Positions 1 through 5,882 of a DNA stretch of 6,776 nucleotides are shown piece after piece; positions within the stretch are counted from its first letter, which is position 1; every line of letters starts with the position of its first letter. Source of the stretch: a bacterium (GTDB lineage: Bacteria > Sysuimicrobiota > Sysuimicrobiia > Sysuimicrobiales > Humicultoraceae); contig JBGQGY010000159.1 in assembly GCA_041497675.1 (NCBI GenBank), positions 1 to 6,776 on the forward strand. Direction: 5' to 3'. The notes beneath the pieces were generated by a model. That model was given only the letters and a program-made list of their open reading frames with translations. It ran no database searches and had not been told where the DNA came from. Position numbers and translations under genes: made by a program.

Positions 1-2
1 CG

Positions 3-245
3 CCGACCGCGACCTCAACCAGCGATCTATCTCAGGCCGTCAACGGGCTGACGGACTTTGGCGAGCCAGGGTACCACGGGCCATGCCCGCCGCCTGGCGA
101 CAAAGCACACCGGTACATCTTCACGTTGTATGCGTTGGATACGGATTTTCCGTTTACCGACCACACGACATACGCGGCATTTCGGTTCACGATTCGCGGC
201 CATGTCGTCGCGTCGGCGACGCTCACGGGGCGTTACGGTCGATAA
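3..245 (+). CDS. 3' part of a YbhB/YbcL family (PEBP / Raf kinase inhibitor-like) protein; 5' end lies outside the window
   Basis: Not in the supplied ORF track because it has no start in the window. Frame +3 is open from 3 to TAA at 243-245 and reads ...QAVNGLTDFGEPGYHGPCPPPGDKAHRYIFTLYALDTDF...IRGHVVASATLTGRYGR*. This contains the family's C-terminal motifs DFG-x-x-GY-x-GPCPP, HRY-x-F-x-LYALD and GHV-x-A-x-A-x-L-x-G-x-Y. Confidence 0.92.
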   Translation, partial: PTATSTSDLSQAVNGLTDFGEPGYHGPCPPPGDKAHRYIFTLYALDTDFPFTDHTTYAAFRFTIRGHVVASATLTGRYGR

Positions 246-269
246 CATAGCTGCGGAAGAGTCGAGGAG

Positions 270-1577
270 TCATTCGCCGAGGAACCAGGCGGCTGCGGGA
301 AGCCAGCGCAGGGGATTGGGCAACGGCGGTCGGGGTGGCATAGAGTCCAGCGTCAACAGCAGCGGCACGGCCTTCGGGTGCTCTGCTGCGGCGGCGGTGA
401 GGGCCCGCACTTCGCGCTCCCATGTGGACGCATCATCGGCCTCGAGGCATACCTGCAGGATCAACGACGGCGCGTCGGGCGCGCTGGCGAGGAAGTCGAC
501 CTCGAACCCTTCCTTCGTGCGCACATAGGCGATGTCGTACCCTCGTCGCTCCAGTTCCAAGAAGACCGCCGTCTCGAGCGCATGACCGAGATTCGAGCGC
601 GCCGTTCGCTCAAAGAGTGGAATGAGGCCGGGGTCCACAGGGTAGGCTTTCCGGGGGTTGACCATTCGCTGCCGCTCCGAGGCGGTGTGCATCGAGACGG
701 TCCGAATGAGAAACGCGTCCTCAAGGTGTCCGAGGTAGGCATGGAGGGTGTCCTTGCTCACGGGGATGCCCTGGGACTTGAGGGCGTCATAGCACTTCTG
801 GACACTGAACAACGCGGCCGGGTTGGCCAAGAGGTAACGTTGCATCCAGCGCAGCGCCAGCGGATTGGACACGGCATGCCGCTCGATCACATCTCGCAGA
901 ACCACCACGTCGACGTACGACCGCAGAAGCGCGACACGGTCGCGTACCTCGACCCCCAGGGTTTCGGGAAACCCTCCCTGGGTGAGGTACAGCCGCAGGC
1001 GGCCATCGAGATCGGAGCGCACGGCTTTCGGCAACCGATCCCACGGCGCGTCGGGTTCGGCCCCGACGTGTCGCAGCGCCTCGCGAAAACTGAAGGGATG
1101 AACCAACACCTCCAGGGCGCGGCCCCGCATGCTCGAGGCCACTTCACGACTCAGGAGGCGCGCCGAGGAACCCGACAGGAATAGGTTCACGCGCTCGGTG
1201 TCCACCAGCCTCCGGGCGAAGGCCTCCCATCCAGGGACCAACTGAATCTCGTCCAGGAAGAACGTGGCTGTCCGCGCATCTCGGATGCCCGGCTGCTCAC
1301 GGAAGTACTCCTCGACCATCCACGAGAGGTCGGCGGTCTTGAGACCCGCCAAACGGTCGTCTTCGAAGCTGAGGAGGAGAAGTGCCTCTCGCGGCGTCCC
1401 CGCCGCGAGACGATCGGCAAGACACTGCCACAGAAACGTGGTCTTGCCGCTTCGCCGCACTCCAATGACCGCCAGGGCTTTGCCGGCCACCGCCGGCAGA
1501 CGCACGTCCCGGCGCGTCAGGGGAGGGGGCGGACTGGAAAGCCCATCCGCCATCTTCTGTCGGAGTACATCACGCAT
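270..1577 (-). CDS. AAA+ ATPase of the COG1373 type (AAA_14 + DUF4143, with a C-terminal PD-(D/E)XK-like region), about 435 aa
   Basis: Walker A GVRRSGKT and Walker B FFLDEIQ are present, plus family motifs LSGSSARLL, GGFPE, RDVIERH, PRKAYPVDPGL, GHALETAVFLEL and EVDFL. ATG 1577 is preferred over the track's TTG 1610 because AAAGGA lies 5 nt upstream of it. Confidence 0.9.
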   Translation of the reverse strand: MRDVLRQKMADGLSSPPPPLTRRDVRLPAVAGKALAVIGVRRSGKTTFLWQCLADRLAAGTPREALLLLSFEDDRLAGLKTADLSWMVEEYFREQPGIRDARTATFFLDEIQLVPGWEAFARRLVDTERVNLFLSGSSARLLSREVASSMRGRALEVLVHPFSFREALRHVGAEPDAPWDRLPKAVRSDLDGRLRLYLTQGGFPETLGVEVRDRVALLRSYVDVVVLRDVIERHAVSNPLALRWMQRYLLANPAALFSVQKCYDALKSQGIPVSKDTLHAYLGHLEDAFLIRTVSMHTASERQRMVNPRKAYPVDPGLIPLFERTARSNLGHALETAVFLELERRGYDIAYVRTKEGFEVDFLASAPDAPSLILQVCLEADDASTWEREVRALTAAAAEHPKAVPLLLTLDSMPPRPPLPNPLRWLPAAAWFLGE

Positions 1578-1579
1578 AT

Positions 1580-1633
1580 TTGTCCTTTCTGGAAGGACAA
1601 TATACCACAATATTGTCCCTCCGAAAAGGACAA
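1580..1633. promoter_or_regulatory. Two tandem 21-bp palindromes (TTGTCCYT-N5-AAGGACAA), likely operators, flanking a putative extended -10 of the ATPase gene
   Basis: 1580-1600 is TTGTCCTT-TCTGG-AAGGACAA (perfect 8-bp inverted repeat). 1613-1633 is TTGTCCCT-CCGAA-AAGGACAA (7/8). The minus strand reads TGTGG-TATATT between them, with the -10 hexamer at 1604..1599. The RBS AAAGGA lies inside the proximal palindrome. The segment is AT-rich relative to its flanks. Confidence 0.7.
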
Positions 1634-1789
1634 CCTTCCTGGCCGCTTATCCCTGCACAGACGGCGACAAACCGCCTAGAACGTGGGAGGTTGCTACTCA
1701 GCGCCGGATTCCAGCTTTACGACTAGTCACCCCTCCCCTGAAAGCGCTCGAGACCTAGACGAGCAGGAACCGGATAAGACGCCCATTGT

Positions 1790-2343
1790 GCCAGCGGCGC
1801 CCCAAGCGGCGTCTTGAACACTCCCAGCGTGTTCAGCATAGCCGCGACCACGAACCAGAGGATGAACCAGGGGAAGATCTTGACCAGATTCACGCGGGGC
1901 CCCGCGCCGGCCGCGCCCCGGCGGCCCTGCGCGATGCTGTGCGCGATGCCGAAGGCCAGGGGCACGAGCATGAGGGTGCGCGTGAGCTTGACAACCGTGG
2001 CCACCTTCCCGGCCGGCTCGCTGAACGCAAACGACGCGGCCAGGACCGAGGAAGTGTCGTGGATGGCGGTCCCCGCCCACACCCCATAGATCGTATCCGA
2101 GAACGCCAGCAGGTGTCCCAGCAGCGGATACACGACGACGGCCAGCATGTTGAATAGGAAGATCGTCGTCACGGCGAACGCGATCTCTTCCTCGCGGGCC
2201 TCGATGATCGGCCCGACGGTGAGGATGGCGGTCGCCCCGCAGATCGCGGTGCCCACGCCGATCAGACTGACCAGCCCCGACGGCGCCCGCAGCCAGCGGC
2301 CGAAGAGGTACGTTAGCCCGAGGGCCAATAGGATGGTGGCGAA
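1790..2343 (-). pseudogene. Internal fragment of a YeiH/UPF0324 (putative sulfate exporter family) membrane protein, truncated at both ends
   Basis: Family motifs LIGVGTAICGATAI, EEEIAFAVTTIFLFN, GVWAGTAIHDTSSV, ATVVKLTRTLMLVP and FPWFILWF are present. Recognisable similarity covers only about 185 aa, whereas family members are typically over 300 aa. The ORF's nominal N-terminus (2344-2463) is unrelated sequence that overlaps the divergent + strand gene. After ...APLAQWAS the frame runs into non-hydrophobic sequence lacking the usual last TM helices. Boundaries are approximate. Confidence 0.75.
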
Positions 2344-2409
2344 GTCTATCGGCAAAGTGTGCGGGTTCAAAGAAGGGAGACGGACCAACTGGTCAAAGAA
2401 ATTGGCAGC

Positions 2410-4023
2410 ATGGAAAACAGAGTCCTTGCCTCCACCTGGGCGTATCATGACGGCACGAAGCACCTCTTCCAGAGCATCCGAGCGGGTGCCGGCGGCGGGC
2501 TCGACTGGTCGAATCAGCCACGGCCATACAAAATCTACTCGACGGTTGATCCCATCCCACTCCCGAAGGACCCGCCGCTGCCGGAGTTGCCGGCCGTGGA
2601 GGCCATTGCGGCTGGAGGACGGGAGCCTGCAGGCAGGCGCGTTCCAGATCTCAACACCCTCGCGGGCATCCTCTTCCTCTCGGCGGGCATCACGAAGCGC
2701 CTGACGTTCCCCAGGGGATCAATGGACTTCCGCGCCGCAGCATGCACAGGCGCGCTCTATCACATCGAACTCTACCTGGCGTGCGGCGACCTGCCGGACC
2801 TCGAAGCCGGCGTCTATCACTTCGGGGTGCACGATTTCGCGCTGCGCAGGCTGCGCGCCGGCGACTACCGGGGCGTCCTCGTCCGGGCGAGCGGAGGCGA
2901 GCCCGCGGTTGCGGCAGCGCCGGTGATTATCGTCTGCGCGACGACGTTCTGGCGCAACGCGTGGAAGTACCGCGCCCGGGCCTATCGTCATGCGTTCTGG
3001 GACTCCGGCACGATCCTCGCGAACCTGCTGGCCGCGGCGGCAGGCTACGACGTTCCGGCGCGGATCGTCTGCGGCTTCTTCGACGCCGAGGTGAACCGGT
3101 TGCTGGATCTCGACGTGGAACGCGAGGTCGCGCTGGCACTGGTGCCGCTCGGCCGTGATAAGGCCACACCATCCGGACCATCGGGTCTCACGGTCGATCC
3201 GCTCGGCTTCCCAACGATCCCGCTCTCGAAGGAATCGGTGGATTATCCACAGATCCGGGCGATGCACGTGGCCTCCTCGCTGCGCTCAGAAGATGACGTG
3301 AGAGCATGGCGCGCTGAATCGGGCGCAGCCAGCCCGGGCGCTAACACGGCGTTCCACGCGGCGGACGTGCGAGCCTCGTCGAGGGCGCTCGTCGCGCTTC
3401 AACCGCTTGAGCATCCGGACTTGCCAACAGACTCAATCGCCCGTGTCATTGTCCGTCGGGGCTCGAGCCGGCGGTTCGCCCGCGAGTCGATCAGGTTCGC
3501 GCAGCTCTCGACGATCCTTGACCGGGCGACCCGGGGCATTCCAGCAGACTTCTTCGAACCATCCGGCGAGCGGGTCGAACCGACGGGCGCGATACTCAAC
3601 ACACTGTATCTGATCGTTCACGCTGTGGAAGGACTGGCGCCCGGCGCCTACGTCTTCGACCGGTACGCTCGAGCCCTTGAGCTGTTGAAGGAAGGGAACT
3701 TTCGAAGGGAGGCCGGCTACCTCGGACTCGAACAGAACCTCCCCGCCGACGCCAGCGTCAACGTATACGTCCTGGCGCATCTGCCGCCGATTCTAGAGCG
3801 ATTCGGCAATCGCGGCTACCGCGTCGCACAGCTCGACGCGGCCATCACGGGCGGAAAGCTCTACCTGGCAGCGTATACCCTCCGCCTCGGCGCCACTGGT
3901 CTCACGTTCTATGATGACGACGTGACGGCATTCTTCTCGCCACACGCCGCAGGGAAGAGCGTCATGTTCCTGACGGCGTTGGGCCGACTACTGAAGCGGA
4001 CGCCTAGGAGCCCAGTGGATTGA
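2410..4023 (+). CDS. SagB/ThcOx-like dehydrogenase (FMN-dependent nitroreductase superfamily) with two tandem nitroreductase domains, about 537 aa
   Basis: The N-terminus YHDGTKH...LDWSNQPRPYKIY is typical of this group. Domain 1 has RAAACTGALYHIELY, GVYHF, WKYRARAYRHAFWDSG and GFFDAEVNRLL. Domain 2 has RRGSSRRF, GLAPGAY, RFGNRGYRVAQLDAAITGGKLYLAAY and LGATGLTFYDD. ATG 2410 is preferred over GTG 2359 from expected N-terminal length, but the RBS is weak and the start is uncertain. Confidence 0.85.
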   Translation: MENRVLASTWAYHDGTKHLFQSIRAGAGGGLDWSNQPRPYKIYSTVDPIPLPKDPPLPELPAVEAIAAGGREPAGRRVPDLNTLAGILFLSAGITKRLTFPRGSMDFRAAACTGALYHIELYLACGDLPDLEAGVYHFGVHDFALRRLRAGDYRGVLVRASGGEPAVAAAPVIIVCATTFWRNAWKYRARAYRHAFWDSGTILANLLAAAAGYDVPARIVCGFFDAEVNRLLDLDVEREVALALVPLGRDKATPSGPSGLTVDPLGFPTIPLSKESVDYPQIRAMHVASSLRSEDDVRAWRAESGAASPGANTAFHAADVRASSRALVALQPLEHPDLPTDSIARVIVRRGSSRRFARESIRFAQLSTILDRATRGIPADFFEPSGERVEPTGAILNTLYLIVHAVEGLAPGAYVFDRYARALELLKEGNFRREAGYLGLEQNLPADASVNVYVLAHLPPILERFGNRGYRVAQLDAAITGGKLYLAAYTLRLGATGLTFYDDDVTAFFSPHAAGKSVMFLTALGRLLKRTPRSPVD

Positions 4024-4296
4024 GCGCGCCCAGCTTCTACGAGAGTAGGCCGCGATCGTTCCTCGTATCCAGCAGGCTCAGTTCGCCGATCCAGTCCGGG
4101 ACAAGTGAGTCTGCAATTCTTGCCCACGCGCGAACGACACTTTCTTTCTTGGTCCACAGGTGATCTAGTGGCGAGGCAAGCTGGTACTTGGCGGCGAGAT
4201 CGGCCTGGGCAAGCGCAGCATACCGCAGATTAGCGTCAATGGCCCGGAACGCCTGTTAGGGGTCCAGACGTAATCGCGTTGAATCTTTTGTCTCTC

Positions 4297-4986
4297 TCAG
4301 AGTACCTTGCTGAGGTGCATGCGGCCTTCATAGAGAGCGCGCCCGACGATGACGCCTTCCACGCCAGTGCGAGCCAGAGCCGCGAGGTCGGCCTCCGAGG
4401 CCACCCCACCAGCCGCAATGACCGGAACGGCAACAGCCCGCACAAATGCCCCGATGGTCGGGGCATCGGGCCCGGCGAGAGTCCCGTCGCGGGCAATATC
4501 AGTGTAGACCAATCGGCAAATGCCCCGCGCCGCCAGCATCTTCCCCAGACTGATGGGATCCGCTGCGGACAGCACTGTCCACCCTTCGACGGCGACACGA
4601 CCATCTCGGACGCCGAGCGAAACAGCGACCTGCTCACCGAACTGGCGGCTCGCTTCCTCCGCCAGGGTCAGGGCATCGGTGCCCAACAGCACGCGCGCGG
4701 CCCCGGCATCCAGTACCTCCTCCAGGTGGCTCACCGCGCGGACGCCGCCGTCGACCTGGATTGGCACGCCCACAGCCGCAATCGACCGGATGACGTCAAG
4801 CTGAACGGGGTGTCCTGTGAGCGTCCCCTCCAGATCCACCACGTGAAGCCACCTCGCCCCCTCACGTACCCACCGCGTAGCCGCTTCGACCGGATCATCC
4901 GCGTACACTGTTTGGGGCCGTGCATCGCCCGGAACGAATCGCACGCAGCGGCCTCGCCACACATCGATGGCGGGGATGATTTCCAT
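4297..4986 (-). CDS. HisA/PriA-like (ProFAR isomerase family) TIM-barrel domain, 229 aa, divergent; has its own in-frame ATG and RBS
   Basis: Motifs IIPAID(8), G-x-CVR, DPVEAA, LHVVDL, QVDGGVR, RVLLGT, VAVEGW, YTDIARDGTLAGP, PVIAAGGV and GVIVGRALYEG. ATG at 4986 is preceded by GAGGAG (4998..4993) at 6-nt spacing. No hisA symbol is given because several conserved positions are changed and the context is folate rather than histidine. Confidence 0.88.
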   Translation of the reverse strand: MEIIPAIDVWRGRCVRFVPGDARPQTVYADDPVEAATRWVREGARWLHVVDLEGTLTGHPVQLDVIRSIAAVGVPIQVDGGVRAVSHLEEVLDAGAARVLLGTDALTLAEEASRQFGEQVAVSLGVRDGRVAVEGWTVLSAADPISLGKMLAARGICRLVYTDIARDGTLAGPDAPTIGAFVRAVAVPVIAAGGVASEADLAALARTGVEGVIVGRALYEGRMHLSKVL

Positions 4987-5517
4987 CCGTGACTCCTCGG
5001 GCCCAGCTCCTCCTGGCACGGGCCCCTCTTGCGAAGACGCAATCTTCCGCACTATCTGATCACCCCCCACGACCGCCAGTAGATCCCGGACGAGGCGGCC
5101 GTCAGGCAGGCACGCGTCTGGATCAAGCTCCGCAAGCGGCAGAAGAACGAACCGCCGATGCGGGAGCTCCGGATGCGGGATCCTGAGCCGGTCGGAATCC
5201 ACGATGCGTTGGTCATAGAGCAGCAGATCGATATCGATCATGCGCGGCCCCCACCGGACCGTCCGAGTCCGACCAAGCCCGTCCTCCACCCGCTGCAGCA
5301 CATCCAGAAGCGCATGCGGGTCAAGCGTCGTCTCAATCAGCAGGACCCGATTGAAGAACCAGGGCTGGGATACCAGACCCACGGGTTCGGTCTCGTAGAT
5401 CGACGAGCGGGCCAGAAGGCAAATCCCCGGTACGGCGGCCAGCCGAGTTTCGGCCTCCCGCAGCAATGTCAGTCGATCACCCAGGTTCGAGCCCAAGCCA
5501 AGGTACGCGCGGGACAT
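4297..5517 (-). CDS. folK: Fusion ORF: 2-amino-4-hydroxy-6-hydroxymethyldihydropteridine diphosphokinase (FolK/HPPK, aa 1 to ~159) + ~18-aa linker + HisA-like isomerase barrel (aa 178-406)
   Basis: HPPK motifs: AYLGLGSNLGD, SSIYETEPVG, FFN, GRTRTVRWGPRMIDIDLL, IPHP and RRFVLLPLAEL. There is no stop before the HisA-like domain. ATG 5517 lies 2 nt after the folB stop. Confidence 0.92.
   Translation of the reverse strand: MSRAYLGLGSNLGDRLTLLREAETRLAAVPGICLLARSSIYETEPVGLVSQPWFFNRVLLIETTLDPHALLDVLQRVEDGLGRTRTVRWGPRMIDIDLLLYDQRIVDSDRLRIPHPELPHRRFVLLPLAELDPDACLPDGRLVRDLLAVVGGDQIVRKIASSQEGPVPGGAGPEESRMEIIPAIDVWRGRCVRFVPGDARPQTVYADDPVEAATRWVREGARWLHVVDLEGTLTGHPVQLDVIRSIAAVGVPIQVDGGVRAVSHLEEVLDAGAARVLLGTDALTLAEEASRQFGEQVAVSLGVRDGRVAVEGWTVLSAADPISLGKMLAARGICRLVYTDIARDGTLAGPDAPTIGAFVRAVAVPVIAAGGVASEADLAALARTGVEGVIVGRALYEGRMHLSKVL
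4993..4998 (-). promoter_or_regulatory. Internal Shine-Dalgarno GAGGAG ahead of the HisA-like domain
   Basis: The minus strand reads CCC-GAGGAG-TCACGG-ATG-GAA-ATC-ATC-CCC (MEIIP), which is the canonical HisA N-terminus position. Confidence 0.65.
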
Positions 5518-5519
5518 CC

Positions 5520-5882
5520 CTAGGACGCACGCCGGCGGGTGATCTCAACGGCCGCGTAGTCGAGAGGGCCACCGAGCTGCACCTGTGGTTTCTTGATGCG
5601 GACGGTCACCGTGACCACGCCCGGGAGCCGCAAAATTCTTCCAGCGACCGCGTCGCTCAACGCCTCAAGCAGGTAGAAGCGCTCCTCTTCGATGGTGTGC
5701 TTGACCATCCTATAGAGCTCACGGTAGTCCAGGGTCAGCGCCAGGTCATCTCGGGTCGATGCTTCAGGAAACTCCCCTTCCACTTCCACGTCGACGATGA
5801 AGGGTTGTGCCTGGTTCTGCTCCTCTGGCAGCACACCGTGGCGGCCCATAAATCTCATGCCGTGCAATTGAATCTTATGCAT
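5520..5882 (-). CDS. folB: Dihydroneopterin aldolase
   Basis: 120 aa with motifs GRHGVLPEE, QPFIVDV, DDLALTLDY, FYLLEAL, VRIKKP and AVEITR. It lies between folP and folK and overlaps the folP stop by 8 nt (ATGCATAA), suggesting translational coupling. Confidence 0.95.
   Translation of the reverse strand: MHKIQLHGMRFMGRHGVLPEEQNQAQPFIVDVEVEGEFPEASTRDDLALTLDYRELYRMVKHTIEEERFYLLEALSDAVAGRILRLPGVVTVTVRIKKPQVQLGGPLDYAAVEITRRRAS

Noticed and set aside
27..248. Minus-strand ORFs 27..248 and 32..226, and + ORF 58..528
   Set aside because: They are shadows of the real frame +3 YbhB/YbcL gene and of the ATPase 3' end, with no motifs of their own.
378..1184. 268-aa + strand ORF
   Set aside because: Antisense to the motif-complete ATPase; long antisense frames are expected in high-GC coding DNA.
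1580..1633. Palindromic repeats read as a mini-CRISPR or intrinsic terminator
   Set aside because: Only two 21-bp units with a 12-bp gap, no cas genes and no U-tract. Their position over the -10 and RBS fits operators better.
1723..2463. Full 246-aa ORF as a functional transporter
   Set aside because: The first ~40 and last ~20 residues are non-homologous, and the start overlaps the divergent nitroreductase gene.
4037..4048. CTAC-GAGA-GTAG hairpin after the nitroreductase stop as a terminator
   Set aside because: Only a 4-5 bp stem and no U-tract on either strand.
4297..4986. Plain annotation as histidine-pathway hisA
   Set aside because: Not excluded, but unsupported: no other his genes are in the window, it is fused to folK, and several conserved residues are altered.
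4279..4992. 237-aa + strand ORF
   Set aside because: Antisense mirror of the HisA-like domain with no recognisable motifs.
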